Source of the DNA: a virus
Lineage: Duplodnaviria > Caudoviricetes
Direction: 5' to 3' (one strand)
Virus record (IMG/VR): IMGVR_UViG_3300042988_001268
Location: 1 to 58,152 of that record
Length of the DNA: 58,152 bases
Part shown: piece by piece, positions 24,405-34,636 of the stretch
Numbering within the stretch: position 1 is the stretch's first letter
Layout of the letters: the number at the start of each line of letters is the position of its first letter
Program-made: the position numbers and the translations under genes
The notes under the pieces: model-generated
What the model saw: the letters and a program-made list of their open reading frames with translations, nothing else
The model's database searches: none
What the model was told of the DNA's origin: nothing

Positions 24405-25048
24405 TTTTCCTCGTCCTTGGTGAGGAACATCCGCTTGGAGCAGGCGACCGACAACTCCATCCAGGCCATGCCTTCCTTGAGGCCGTGGCGGCGCTCAAGC
24501 GCGACCAGTTCCTCAGCCACCTTTTCCATCATCGCGAGGGTCAGGTAGCCGCGATCCATATCCTTGCGGACGGGCAGGCCAGTGATGTCCTGCACCACCA
24601 CCGCGGCAATGATCGGGAAGGTCAGTTCGGAATAGTCGGCATTGTCGGCGACCATCTCGCACAGGCGGGGCCACGACTTTGCGATCTTGTCCTCAAGCGC
24701 GTCGACCGCTTCCTCGATCTCGGCGTCATAGGACCATTCGAGGTCGGGATCGTCCTTCTGCTGCAGGGCGAATTCGTCACGCGCTTCCCACAGCGCCTTC
24801 ACCATTGGCGCGTGCGCATCGAAGGCTTCGGGGGTCCACAGGTGGCGGAGCCCGTTCAGCATCTCGGCGCGCATCTTGGCGATGTCGTGGAAGCGAATGC
24901 CGCTCTCGAGGAGCAGGCGGCGATGGAAGCGCTTCTCGCGCATGGTGCAGGCGCGGAGCGTGAATACCGGCGCTCCCTCGATCTTCTCGAGGGAGGCCGG
25001 AGTGAACGAGAGCACGTCGCTCGCGTCGAGGGGAATGTCCTGGGGCAC
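24281..25048 (-). CDS. Tail assembly chaperone (gpG-like)
   Basis: Follows tail tube; in-phase slippery heptamer. Confidence 0.8.
   Translation of the reverse strand: MPQDIPLDASDVLSFTPASLEKIEGAPVFTLRACTMREKRFHRRLLLESGIRFHDIAKMRAEMLNGLRHLWTPEAFDAHAPMVKALWEARDEFALQQKDDPDLEWSYDAEIEEAVDALEDKIAKSWPRLCEMVADNADYSELTFPIIAAVVVQDITGLPVRKDMDRGYLTLAMMEKVAEELVALERRHGLKEGMAWMELSVACSKRMFLTKDEEKNSESPSPSEMTQPASNETNTSAPDGKSTGSARSKKTRETA
24401..24407 (-). promoter_or_regulatory. Programmed -1 ribosomal frameshift site A AAA AAC
   Basis: GAA AAA AAC in frame, X XXY YYZ pattern. Confidence 0.8.
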
Positions 25049-25081
25049 GTCAGGATGTCCTTTCTGTCAGGGTTGAGGGGA

Positions 25082-26272
25082 TCAGGAACCGGGAAAGACG
25101 ATCCCGAGGTTCCGGTCGAGCACGTCGATGAACAGCCCGAGGTTTTCCATGATGGTGCCGCCGCTGAGGTCAGGGTTCGGGAAGTTCAGGCGGGCATCAG
25201 GGATGGTGATCTGCACCGTGTTCCACGCGCCATTGCCCCACTGCATGAAGAAGGGATGGTACGCCTGGGCATCAGCGAGGCTCAGGGTGTCGAGCGTCGC
25301 CTTCAGGTACTTCTGCATGGTGAGCGAGCCGGTAGCCGTACCGCCGGCGATCTCCGGCGCGTCCGTGCCGTCGGGCTGGTTGGCATTGGGCGGGTACTCA
25401 GCCTCGAGGCCCAGTTCGATCGACACGGTCGACGTGCCCACCCGCTGCTGGTTGAGCCAGACATCCGCATCCTTGAGCAGCGGAACCGCGCCGCCGGCCG
25501 GAATGGAGGGCGTGGCCTCATCCGAGGAGCCGTCGATGGTGCAGTCGAGGGTGAACTCGAACTCGGGATAGGCCGCCTGCTGCTTGGTCGAGGTAGGGAT
25601 GACCCAACGGAAGCCGGTGACGCCGCAGTTGACGAGGTCAAGCCGGTAGCCGCCCATCCACAGGATCAGCGAGAGGATTTCCGGGTCCGCCGAGGTGACG
25701 TCGCGGAAGTAGCCGATGAAGGTCGGGATCTGGTAGTTCGCCGCCGGGGCAGCCCCCAGTTCCTCCATCAGTTCGGCCGTCTTGGTCGAGCCGACATAGT
25801 CGCGGATCGCGGTCAGGCGTTCCTTGTAAGTGCTGCCGTTGTCGCTGAGGATCAGCGGGAAGCCCTTGTAGATGTCGTTCGTGGTCGAAGCCGAGGAGCC
25901 GAGCACGGCATGGGTCGCATCCGAACCGACGCCAAGCGCCTCAGCCGAAGCTGGAATGGCCGTGGCAGTGCGGACTTCGGTGAACTTGGCAGCCTGAAGC
26001 AGGCGGCCAGGCACAAAGGCATCGAGAGCGGGCAGCGACGAAGGCGGGCGCATCTTGACGTTGAACGACAGCGTCACGCGCTTGCCGGCGATGTCGTCAG
26101 CGTTCTTGAACGGCGAGCCGGTGTATTCGTCGTTGGCGATGGTCACGCCGTCGATCTGCAGGCGGCAGTTCGAGAAGCGCAGGAGGTCGGTCGTGTCGTT
26201 CGGTTCGTCAAAGACGTCGCGAGCAGACTGGATCTTCACGGCGATAGCCGTGTTGTTCGACTTGAGAGCCAT
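25082..26272 (-). CDS. Major tail tube protein
   Basis: Position and composition; GAAAGGA SD. Confidence 0.75.
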   Translation of the reverse strand: MALKSNNTAIAVKIQSARDVFDEPNDTTDLLRFSNCRLQIDGVTIANDEYTGSPFKNADDIAGKRVTLSFNVKMRPPSSLPALDAFVPGRLLQAAKFTEVRTATAIPASAEALGVGSDATHAVLGSSASTTNDIYKGFPLILSDNGSTYKERLTAIRDYVGSTKTAELMEELGAAPAANYQIPTFIGYFRDVTSADPEILSLILWMGGYRLDLVNCGVTGFRWVIPTSTKQQAAYPEFEFTLDCTIDGSSDEATPSIPAGGAVPLLKDADVWLNQQRVGTSTVSIELGLEAEYPPNANQPDGTDAPEIAGGTATGSLTMQKYLKATLDTLSLADAQAYHPFFMQWGNGAWNTVQITIPDARLNFPNPDLSGGTIMENLGLFIDVLDRNLGIVFPGS

Positions 26273-26298
26273 GAGAGGCGTCCTTTCGTTTCAGGAGA

Positions 26299-26508
26299 TC
26301 AGGTGGAGGGCGGAGTGGCATCCGGCTTCGGTGCCGGCTTGGCCTTGCTCTCTGCCGAGGCGGCAGGGGCAGTTGCGGGAGCAGCGGAGCGGCTTTTGGC
26401 CGCCTCGATCGCCTTGGTGAGATCCTTGCCGGCCGCGTCGGCGGCGTGGACCGCGGAAAAGTCGACGCTGCCGGCCCCGAACGGGGGGCAGGAACGGGAG
26501 TTCTTCAT
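26299..26508 (-). CDS. Small low-complexity protein
   Basis: ATG 26508 with GAGGA SD. Confidence 0.55.
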   Translation of the reverse strand: MKNSRSCPPFGAGSVDFSAVHAADAAGKDLTKAIEAAKSRSAAPATAPAASAESKAKPAPKPDATPPST

Positions 26509-26519
26509 GTCGGAAATCC

Positions 26520-26981
26520 TCACTGTGGGATGAGCGTGAACCAGTCGTCGGGGCTGGTGTAGAAGATCACGGAGACCTGCAGCGAAGCCGTCCCCGCGTC
26601 CTTTCCGTTCGGCGCCACCGGGGCGACGTCGATTTCCTGAATGTCCTCGACCATTCCGCCCAGCGTGCGGTCGGAGGCGATGGCTCCGGCAATGTGGGCG
26701 ATGGTGGTCATATTCTGACGGCTGATCGTGCCGACAGATGGCGTCTCGGAGACGCACTCGAATTCGATGACGGCGGTGTGCTGGACCGTCCAATGCTCCG
26801 GCGGAACGTCGAAACTGTAGGCCGAGGTCTGGATGTTGATGATCGGGAGCGCCGCCTCGTCGAGCGCGACGTCGATCGACTGCTCGGTCTGAACCGTGTG
26901 GGCGGCGAGAGCCGTGTAGCCCTCGAGCAAATCCTTGAGCAGGTCCTCGACCTGCGCAATGGCGGGGACCGGATCAGGCAT
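26520..26981 (-). CDS. Tail terminator-like protein
   Basis: Acidic 153 aa; IASDRTLGG motif; synteny. Confidence 0.7.
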   Translation of the reverse strand: MPDPVPAIAQVEDLLKDLLEGYTALAAHTVQTEQSIDVALDEAALPIINIQTSAYSFDVPPEHWTVQHTAVIEFECVSETPSVGTISRQNMTTIAHIAGAIASDRTLGGMVEDIQEIDVAPVAPNGKDAGTASLQVSVIFYTSPDDWFTLIPQ

Positions 26982-27315
26982 TCACCTTCTCCACTTCGAA
27001 CTGCCAGTGCGTCCCGGCGTTGTCGCGGCGGACGTTAATCGGTCGGAAGGTCAGGCCAGAGAGGCGTGCCAGCGTGAGGCGGCACTGCCCACTGGGTTTC
27101 ACCGGGACATCGGCGATCAGCATGTCGACAGTGATGTCCTGGGCGATCATCTGGCCGGTCTCGATGTCGCGGATGGCGTCGGCGTAGCTCACATAGGCGC
27201 TGAGCGTGCGGTAGGCGCCGCCGACCGGCTTGTAGCGGATCGTGTCGCCGAGGGCGGCCATGCAGGCAGCGTCGAGGTCGTCGTCCTGCATGTCCTCGAG
27301 GCGCGGCCCAGTCAT
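26974..27315 (-). CDS. Head-tail joining (FII-like) protein
   Basis: Synteny; LGDTIRY pattern. Confidence 0.7.
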   Translation of the reverse strand: MTGPRLEDMQDDDLDAACMAALGDTIRYKPVGGAYRTLSAYVSYADAIRDIETGQMIAQDITVDMLIADVPVKPSGQCRLTLARLSGLTFRPINVRRDNAGTHWQFEVEKVNA

Positions 27316-27710
27316 CAGATCGGAGCCTGGTCGTCGTCGGCATCATCGCCTTCCGCAATGGCAGAGGCGGCCTGCTCATTCTGGAATAGAATGATCCGGC
27401 GCGCGATTTCCGGAGCATTCCATCCGGCGAAGGGGCGCTTGCCAATGATCTCGGTGTAGCGCTTGCGGGCTGCGGCGAGGTCATCACCTTCGGCCGCGAT
27501 GCTTCCGCCAGGCGCGCCGTCGCCATCGTGGTCGAGCGGGGAGGCGGCGGCGTCGTGAAGCACGGCATAGCCGCTCTCGATGCGCCGCATGGCGAGGTCG
27601 GTGCGCAGGGGGCCGACGTCGTCCTTGTTGAATACGCAGATCTGCACGCCGTCGAAAACAGTGAAGGTCCGCAGCGAACGGATGGTGATTGTCTCGGTCA
27701 TAGAGGGCAC
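27315..27710 (-). CDS. Virion-associated hypothetical protein
   Basis: After major capsid; LDHDGDG motif. Confidence 0.6.
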   Translation of the reverse strand: MPSMTETITIRSLRTFTVFDGVQICVFNKDDVGPLRTDLAMRRIESGYAVLHDAAASPLDHDGDGAPGGSIAAEGDDLAAARKRYTEIIGKRPFAGWNAPEIARRIILFQNEQAASAIAEGDDADDDQAPI

Positions 27711-27759
27711 TCCGAATGAGACGGGGGCGGGCCCGAAGACCCACCCCCTTCCGTGACGA

Positions 27760-28788
27760 TCAGGCGGTGCGCTTGCCGCGGAGCAGGATCTCCGGGCGGG
27801 TGCACATGTGGAGCGGGTAGGAGAAGATCTCCGGCTGCACCCACTGGTTGCGCTTGGTGTCGCGCACCAGGTTCGAGTAGATCTCGCGACCGATGGTGTT
27901 CACCGTCTCGAAATCTTCACCCGGGCCGTTGATGCGACGGAACAACCCCGGGACGCCGGTGACGACGAACTTCACCTTGTCGACGCCAATGGCGACCGTC
28001 GAGTTGTCGTCGGTGCCCTTGTAGTTGACCCAGTCCACGCCGGCGAAGGTGAACGATTCGAACGCGGTCGAGCCGCGCAGCGAAGCGGCGGCCTCCCAGT
28101 TCTTGTACGTCACCCGGACGTCGTTGTGGTTGACGAAGGCATCGTAGAAGTCATCGCCGCACAGGGCGAGGATGCGGACGCCCGGGTTCCACGCCGCACC
28201 GAGAGCACGGGCAATGGAGCGGACGACGCTGTCGCTGACCAAGGTGCGCAGGACGCCCTCGGCCGGCGACGAGGCGGCGAGATCGAAGTTGATCTCAGAC
28301 GGCTGCGAGATGTTGAACTCGGTGAAGAAGTTGTAGATCGTCGAGCCGTCGGTATCGATCAGGATGCCCTGGGCGGCGCCGAGGCGGTGCAGTTCCATCG
28401 TAAGCTGATAGCGCTGCATGAGCTTCATCTGCTTCTGGGCGATGAGCTTCACCGCCGTCAGCAGTTCACCCTCGGTGCCGAACGCGCGAACGCCCTGCAC
28501 TTCGCGAGCGAAGACCTGATCCGACGCGGCAACGCGGGGGATCGAGAAGCTGCGCAGGTTGGCACGGTCGGTGCCCTGCATCGGCGGCTCGGTGCCACGG
28601 GCCGACGTCAGGATCGGGGTGAGCGTGCTGCTCTTGCCCTCAATCGTGACCGTGTCGGTCGCAACGCCCTCGCCGGATCCGAACAGGCCGATGGAGCCGA
28701 GGTAGCCCGGGATGGTCGGCAGCTTTTCAACCGCCGTGGTCATCGACGACAGCGAGAATGCGTCGTCGTTGAAGATGTCCATGTGCAT
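27760..28788 (-). CDS. Major capsid protein (lambda gpE family)
   Basis: MDIFNDDAFSLSSMT...SYPLHMCTRPEIL typical of the family. Confidence 0.92.
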   Translation of the reverse strand: MHMDIFNDDAFSLSSMTTAVEKLPTIPGYLGSIGLFGSGEGVATDTVTIEGKSSTLTPILTSARGTEPPMQGTDRANLRSFSIPRVAASDQVFAREVQGVRAFGTEGELLTAVKLIAQKQMKLMQRYQLTMELHRLGAAQGILIDTDGSTIYNFFTEFNISQPSEINFDLAASSPAEGVLRTLVSDSVVRSIARALGAAWNPGVRILALCGDDFYDAFVNHNDVRVTYKNWEAAASLRGSTAFESFTFAGVDWVNYKGTDDNSTVAIGVDKVKFVVTGVPGLFRRINGPGEDFETVNTIGREIYSNLVRDTKRNQWVQPEIFSYPLHMCTRPEILLRGKRTA

Positions 28789-28871
28789 GGGAATGGTCCT
28801 TCTAGGATGAGCCGGTCCCTTCCCCGGAGGAGGCTTCCTCCGAGGTCAGGCGGTCAAATTGTGGGGGGAGT

Positions 28872-29546
28872 TCAGACGGCCTTGATGCCGAGGTTCTGAA
28901 GCTGCTCGATGCCCTCGGCCTTCTGGGCCGCGGTCGCGCCGCTGAACCACGAGAGGTCGTTCTTGTTAACGACCGCCGGGCCGCGAACGAGCGCGGTCGT
29001 CGCCGTGGCGCCGCCGCTGGCATCGGTGTTCTTCATCAGGATCGCAGCGACAGTCTGCGAACCGTTGGTGTTGGCGACGTCGTACTCCTCATAGACGAGC
29101 ACGGTGTCATCGCCGTCGTAGGTCACGGTGACGGGGATGATGTCGCCAGCGGTCCAGTCGTTCGAGCCGTCCGCGAGCGTGCCGTTGAGGCCGCCGTTGT
29201 AGGCCGTGCCGACAGTGCCGGTGCCCTCGGTGGTGCCGTCGGGACGAACCACCTTGAACTTGCCGGTGGCGCCGGACGTGGTGATCTCGATCGTCCACTC
29301 GCCTTCCATGATGCCGGCGTCGCCGGTCCAGGTGCCAACGGTGCCGTTACCGACAGTGCCGCCGGTGCCCGAAACGGGGGTTCCGGCCGTGACGGTCGGC
29401 GTGCCGGTCTGGGCAACGCCGAGGACGGCGCCGGCGGAGAGGTTTTCGCCGGACTTCAGGGTGATGGCTTCGACGTGGTAGCCGAGGCCCATGGCCAGTT
29501 CGCCGATGAACTCGCCTTCGCGCATCGGTTCGTTGAGAGTGGTCAT
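28872..29546 (-). CDS. Head decoration protein (gpD-like) with Gly/Thr insert
   Basis: ITLKSGENLSAGAVLG...NGSQTVAAIL...LQNLGI. Confidence 0.8.
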   Translation of the reverse strand: MTTLNEPMREGEFIGELAMGLGYHVEAITLKSGENLSAGAVLGVAQTGTPTVTAGTPVSGTGGTVGNGTVGTWTGDAGIMEGEWTIEITTSGATGKFKVVRPDGTTEGTGTVGTAYNGGLNGTLADGSNDWTAGDIIPVTVTYDGDDTVLVYEEYDVANTNGSQTVAAILMKNTDASGGATATTALVRGPAVVNKNDLSWFSGATAAQKAEGIEQLQNLGIKAV

Positions 29547-29590
29547 CTCAGTGTCCTTTCGATTTCAGGGCGGTCAGTTTCGCGCCTGGT

Positions 29591-30106
29591 TCAGAGGGTG
29601 CCGTAGGCGCTTGCCCAAAGCGCGCCGGCGTCTTCAGCCTTCGACTTTGAGCCACCGGCGCCTGCGTCGATGGTGGAGTTGTTGCTGGCTTCGATTGCCG
29701 AGCGCATCTCGGCGCGAGCGGCTTCCTCGGCCGACTGAGCGCCGGTCGTGGTCGATGCGGCGGGCTGCGCCGGAGCGGCAGCGGCCAGGGCCGTGATGAT
29801 CTCGTCCGCCGAGAGCTTGTCATTGGCGAGCAGTGCCGAAGCAAGCTGCTCACGGCCGGCATAGTGCTCAGAGGCGAGAACGGTGCTGAAGCGCTGGTTG
29901 GCTTCAGCAAACCCTTCAGCCTTCGCCTGGGCGATGGCTGCGTCGTTGCAGTTCGGATCCATAGGTTTCTTGTCCTTGTTCTTGCCCTTCTTTGCCGAGG
30001 TGTCGTCCTCGTCGCTGTCGGGCTCGGTTTCGGTGGGGTCCATTTCCGGGTCCGGGCTGGCGGCACGCGCCGCCATCCGGAGACCAGCGTAGGTTCCGGT
30101 GGTCAT
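29591..30106 (-). CDS. Capsid scaffolding protein (Nu3-like)
   Basis: Ala-rich; GREQLASALL; follows protease; GAAAGGA SD. Confidence 0.7.
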   Translation of the reverse strand: MTTGTYAGLRMAARAASPDPEMDPTETEPDSDEDDTSAKKGKNKDKKPMDPNCNDAAIAQAKAEGFAEANQRFSTVLASEHYAGREQLASALLANDKLSADEIITALAAAAPAQPAASTTTGAQSAEEAARAEMRSAIEASNNSTIDAGAGGSKSKAEDAGALWASAYGTL

Positions 30107-30125
30107 TCGACTTCCTTTCGTCGGC

Positions 30126-31010
30126 TCAGTTGGCGAGCGAGCGAGCTCGTTCGAAGACGGCCTCGAATGGGCCAATCCCGTCGATCAAGCCGTGGGTCAT
30201 GGCCTCATCGCCATGATACCAGTCGCCCTCCTGCGAGAGGACGCTGTCGACGGAAATTCTGCGGTTCGCAGCGACCAGTTCGGCGAACTGCTGGCGGGTC
30301 GATTCCACCCACGTCATCAGCTTCGCAACAGTCGCCTTGTCGGCGTGCTCATAGGGCCCGCCACGCGCCTTGCGTTCACCGGCGCGGATCATGGTGACGT
30401 TGATGCCACCCTGATCCAGCGCCCGGGTCATGTCGACCAGCAGCGTCCAGACGCCGATCGATCCGGCAATCCCGGTCTCCGGCATGTAGGTCTCATCGCA
30501 AGCCGAGAGGATCGCGTAGCCGGCAGAGCACGCCTGCTCATTGGCCACGCCGATGATCGGCTTCCCGCCATTGCGCGCCGAGTATGTCGCAATCTTGCGG
30601 GACAGGTCGAAGCACCCAGCAACCTCACCCCCGGGGGAGTCGACGTCCAGCAGCACGGCGCGAACCCCGCTGTCGTCCATCGCCATTTCGAGCAGCGTGC
30701 CGATCTGGTTGTAGCCGACCATACCGGAGTAGGGCCGCAGCCCCGACACGCGCTGGGCGAGAGAACCCTGCACCGGAATGATGGCGACGCCGTCGATCAC
30801 TTCGAAGCAGCGGTCAGCCGACCGGCCGCCATCCATCGCCTCGCTCGCCTGCTGCCGCAGTTCGACGACGCCAAGGCTCGTCCCGTCGACGCGGTTCAAC
30901 TTTGCCACACCCAGGTGATCGAGCAGCGCCGCGACCACGATCTCGCATTTCTGCGGGTGCAGCATCAGCGGCACGTTGAACAGGCGCTGGCCGATGAGCG
31001 GGTAATTCAT
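30126..31010 (-). CDS. S49 family prohead protease
   Basis: LDVDSPGGEVAG, ACSAGY, GSIGV. Confidence 0.93.
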   Translation of the reverse strand: MNYPLIGQRLFNVPLMLHPQKCEIVVAALLDHLGVAKLNRVDGTSLGVVELRQQASEAMDGGRSADRCFEVIDGVAIIPVQGSLAQRVSGLRPYSGMVGYNQIGTLLEMAMDDSGVRAVLLDVDSPGGEVAGCFDLSRKIATYSARNGGKPIIGVANEQACSAGYAILSACDETYMPETGIAGSIGVWTLLVDMTRALDQGGINVTMIRAGERKARGGPYEHADKATVAKLMTWVESTRQQFAELVAANRRISVDSVLSQEGDWYHGDEAMTHGLIDGIGPFEAVFERARSLAN

Positions 31011-32686
31011 CACTGGGCAGTCCCTCCGTTGGCGCCCTTGCGCTTCGCCTCAAGCGGCTTTCCGTCGCCGTCGTGATCCTGTTCGGTCGCACCACTGTCG
31101 CTGCCAGCCGCACCATCCGCGGCGGCATCGGCTTTGACGTTGTGGTTGACCGGAGAGAGGCCGCGCTTCTCGCGCTCGGCGTTGAACCACTGCTCCTCGG
31201 CCATGACATCGGTCGGGTCGCGGCCTCCTTCGAGGATGCACTCGACCGTCGACTTGCGACCGGCGGCAGTGTCGAGGTTGTTGGCGTTTGCCTCCTTGAG
31301 CGGATCCACCGATCCGCGTCCCGGACCGATCCATTCGGCCATGCAGATGGCCGTCTTGGATCGATAGAAGTTGGCGGGGCCGCCAGGCACCTTCACGTCT
31401 CCGTTCGCCACTTCCATCTCGAGCCAGGCTGCATAGACCGGGGTCAGGAAGTGCTGGGTGAAGAACCGACGGTCCTCAAGGAACGAGCGCCACAGTTCGT
31501 TAAGCAGCGCACGGGCCGATGAATAGTTGATCCCGGCCCAGTCCTGAGAAAGCTGCGGGTAGCTGATCCCCAGCGACCCAGCGACCTTCTGCAGCACGAA
31601 CCGGGCAAAGTCCGGGTAGTTGCTGTTCGGGCTTGACCGATCCGGCGTGACCACGTCCTCGTCAGGCAGGAGGTGCGTGACCTGCGCTCCGTCGACGATC
31701 ACCGGGGACTGCTCCCGCATGGTGACGTACTGGCTCACCCACGGGTCCATCGTCGAGGTGTCGGACGCCGGCGCAAGTGCTGCCTCAAGGTCTTCGGTCG
31801 TCCCCGGGGACTTGATGAAGATCGAGAAGATGGCGGACTTCAGCGCAGCCTGCACTTCGGCCCGGTCGACCCGGTCCAGCATCTTGGCCGGAACCATGAT
31901 CTCGGCAAGGCGGCTGATGCCCCGGTTCTGCTCCACCCGGCGGGGCGAGAAGACATGGATGAACTTCGCGCGCCCCGTGCGCCCACGGGCCGGGATGTAT
32001 TCCCAGCGCTGGTTGCTGAACCCGGCGTAGGGGTCGTTTGGATGCGTCGCCCGGATCCAGTACCCGATAGGGGCGCCGTTCGCGTCGTAGGCGATGCCAT
32101 CACGCAGCCGCGGCCCTTCCATCATCCCGGGCTTCGTCGAGATGCGTTCAGGCTCGATCAGCAGCAGGTTCGTCGTGTTGCGCAGGCCACGACGGTTGTC
32201 GCGCACCTCGGCGCACGCGGAGCCGTCGCGGACGTAACCGAGGTAGGCCAGCTTCGCGAGCGCGCCGAAACTGAATTGCTGCCTGGCATCCGAGCGCCGC
32301 TCGATGTCATTGGCCCAGACGTCGAACCGGGCCTGGACGTCGGCGGTCCACGCCATGCGCCAGTCATAGTCGCGGTTGAGCAGTTCGTGCTTCGGCTGTG
32401 CCGACAGGCGGATGTTGACGCCGATAACCGACTCGACCCGGCGATCGAGCCCGCCGTTGATCCAGCCATTGTTCTCGTCGAGGTCGCGGGCCCGGCCCAT
32501 GATCCGGTCGAGATCGTAGCCCCCCGACATTCCCGCGAAGCGCAGGTTGGGCGACCACCCGGAGAACTCGACAAGGTCATGCCGTGCCGCGTCCCGCTTC
32601 TGGTTGGTGCCGTCGAAGGCCAGCGCCTTGGCGCGCCCGCTGCCGAACTTGCGCTGGTAGTCTGCCGGTAGCATCAGTTCCTCCAC
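31010..32686 (-). CDS. Portal protein (lambda family)
   Basis: RARDLDENN, INYSSARA, WIGPGRGSVDPLKE. Confidence 0.95.
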   Translation of the reverse strand: MEELMLPADYQRKFGSGRAKALAFDGTNQKRDAARHDLVEFSGWSPNLRFAGMSGGYDLDRIMGRARDLDENNGWINGGLDRRVESVIGVNIRLSAQPKHELLNRDYDWRMAWTADVQARFDVWANDIERRSDARQQFSFGALAKLAYLGYVRDGSACAEVRDNRRGLRNTTNLLLIEPERISTKPGMMEGPRLRDGIAYDANGAPIGYWIRATHPNDPYAGFSNQRWEYIPARGRTGRAKFIHVFSPRRVEQNRGISRLAEIMVPAKMLDRVDRAEVQAALKSAIFSIFIKSPGTTEDLEAALAPASDTSTMDPWVSQYVTMREQSPVIVDGAQVTHLLPDEDVVTPDRSSPNSNYPDFARFVLQKVAGSLGISYPQLSQDWAGINYSSARALLNELWRSFLEDRRFFTQHFLTPVYAAWLEMEVANGDVKVPGGPANFYRSKTAICMAEWIGPGRGSVDPLKEANANNLDTAAGRKSTVECILEGGRDPTDVMAEEQWFNAEREKRGLSPVNHNVKADAAADGAAGSDSGATEQDHDGDGKPLEAKRKGANGGTAQ

Positions 32687-33216
32687 GCCAGACTGATCGG
32701 CCGGCGGCGGGCGGTGCCGGCGGCGGTAGCGGACGCCGAGACCAGTTCGCTTTCAAGCACCCGGATGTGCTCGGTCAGTTCGCGCAGGCTCGGCATCTTC
32801 TTCGTGATGCGCCGGCCGTCTCGCCACAGTTCAGTGACGGCGTTTCCGGATGCGATCGTGATGCGCAGCGCCCGCGCCGCAGCAAGTTCGCGTGTGATCC
32901 GCTCGACGTCGGTCTCAGCCGCAGGCCCGATGCTGGTGTCGATGACATCGACGCCGAACGATTCTTCGAGCGTGCGCCCGCCATTGGTCGTGATGGCAAC
33001 GGTAAAGATCACGCGCTGCCCGTGGGTGCCGCCAGTCAGCCATACGCGCGTCACCAGATCCGAATTCGAAGCCGCAGAGGATTGCGAGGCGCCGCCAGCC
33101 TGCACCAGAGATGCGGTTACAGCGGTGATCGTCTCGCCCGAGCCAAGGAAATCGGACCAGTCATAGGCCCAGTCCTTCGTCTCGCTCGGGTCCAGGGTTT
33201 CGGTATAGACCTGCAT
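32674..33216 (-). CDS. Fibre-adaptor domain fused to gpW-like head completion domain
   Basis: LDPSETKDWAYDWSDFL N-domain; C-domain ELTEHIRVLESEL...RRRPI before portal. Confidence 0.65.
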   Translation of the reverse strand: MQVYTETLDPSETKDWAYDWSDFLGSGETITAVTASLVQAGGASQSSAASNSDLVTRVWLTGGTHGQRVIFTVAITTNGGRTLEESFGVDVIDTSIGPAAETDVERITRELAAARALRITIASGNAVTELWRDGRRITKKMPSLRELTEHIRVLESELVSASATAAGTARRRPISLAWRN

Positions 33217-33224
33217 TCAACCTC

Positions 33225-34124
33225 CTAGCCTTCCGGCAGCAGCCGGGCATTGCGGGACGCCTTGATCAGGCGACCGCCCTGCGGAGCGTAAAGCGTGCGA
33301 CCGTTGATGAGCGCGGTCAGGGTTCGTGACGCCGGAGTCGGCGTGTAGATCATCACGATCGGCTCGGTGACGACATGCGCGTGGATGCAGTCGGCCGGGG
33401 AGATCGCGTAGAACGGTTCGATGTCAGGCTCGCCGGCCTGGTGGGCACTGAGCGCGTCGTCGACCAGCAGTGAGTATGTGACCGTCAGAACCGGCCGGGT
33501 GGAGACGTGCTGGTGGTCAACACTCTCCGGCGTTACCGAGACCCCGGCGTAGATCAGTGGCTCTCCGCTCGTGATCTGGTGGCTTGTGTCTGCCGGGACC
33601 AGAGAATTCCACGTTGCCAGCGATGGTTCGCCCGCCTCGTGGTCGTGCGCCCCGTCTCCTGGGATCAAGTTCATACTTGCCGCAAGGTCGACCAGATCAG
33701 CCTCATGGGCGTGCAGCGCCGAATTGACCGACACTGCATAGGCCGTCGAAAGCAGCGGCGAGGTCGCACTGTGATCGTGCAATGCCGATGCCAGCGTCAG
33801 GGTCCATTGCGCCGCCAATGTTGGCGAGGTCGCCTCGTGGTCATGGCTGGCGAAGTTGATCGAGACGCTTGCGCTGAAGGTGATCGTTGGGCTCGACGAG
33901 GCAAGCAGATGGCCCGCCTGATCGATGTAGAGCATCCGCGCCGTGACGTCCGGAGACGTCGAAGCGAGATCATGGAAGGTTGACCCTGGAGAGACCGTGT
34001 AGGCGCTCGACAGGGATGGACTGGTCGAAGTGGACCCCATGACCACACCGTCGACCGAAATAGTCCAGTGCGTGCTCCCAAGTGCCCCCAACGGCGTACT
34101 AGCTATGGGGCAAAAGCCGAGCAC
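33225..34124 (-). CDS. Repetitive Ser/Thr/His-rich fibre-like virion protein
   Basis: About 25-aa periodic H.H.(A/S).SP.L pattern. Confidence 0.6.
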   Translation of the reverse strand: MLGFCPIASTPLGALGSTHWTISVDGVVMGSTSTSPSLSSAYTVSPGSTFHDLASTSPDVTARMLYIDQAGHLLASSSPTITFSASVSINFASHDHEATSPTLAAQWTLTLASALHDHSATSPLLSTAYAVSVNSALHAHEADLVDLAASMNLIPGDGAHDHEAGEPSLATWNSLVPADTSHQITSGEPLIYAGVSVTPESVDHQHVSTRPVLTVTYSLLVDDALSAHQAGEPDIEPFYAISPADCIHAHVVTEPIVMIYTPTPASRTLTALINGRTLYAPQGGRLIKASRNARLLPEG

Positions 34125-34129
34125 TTAAA

Positions 34130-34636
34130 TTACGTCCAGTATTCGTCGTTGGTATAGTCCGACGGAATATCCTCCATCGCTTGAATGGCAAAAGAATGGA
34201 GCCAGATTGGCTGACGAAATTCAGCGGATGCCAGCATTATTTCCTGCCATTCCAAAGCAGTTACGGAAACTGATCCGGTATTGGTAACAATGCTGATCCC
34301 CATTTCGCCGCGACCTATCGCTATGGCGGCCAGAGATGCGCTTGTAACCTCCGACCACCCCTCTAGGTCATCCTTGGTCGTGCCGATGTGGTGGACGCCA
34401 CGAGAGTCTCCGAAATCATAATCGAAGCCCAGGGCCAGGCGGCGTTCACGCTCGGCAACTACGCCATCCACCGTCCCAGGTGCTCTGGCTGACTCCGAGA
34501 ATGTGAGGCCGTCGTACAGCCACCCAATCTGGGCTTCTTCGCTATGGACCCAACCTTGTGATGCCGCGAAGCCACTTTCGGCCAAAGCGATGTTTACAAC
34601 GACCCCATTGTCGACAACCGCAAAGCGCATAGACAT
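34130..34636 (-). CDS. Fibre assembly-like protein (DUF4376-like C-terminus)
   Basis: FAVVDNGVVVNI...AQIGWLYDG N-terminus; AERERRLALGF. Confidence 0.6.
   Translation of the reverse strand: MSMRFAVVDNGVVVNIALAESGFAASQGWVHSEEAQIGWLYDGLTFSESARAPGTVDGVVAERERRLALGFDYDFGDSRGVHHIGTTKDDLEGWSEVTSASLAAIAIGRGEMGISIVTNTGSVSVTALEWQEIMLASAEFRQPIWLHSFAIQAMEDIPSDYTNDEYWT

Noticed and set aside
19124-31076. Long plus-strand ORFs opposite structural genes (e.g. 24485-26533, 20468-21718, 27808-28899)
   Set aside because: Shadow ORFs from high GC3 on the coding strand; no motifs
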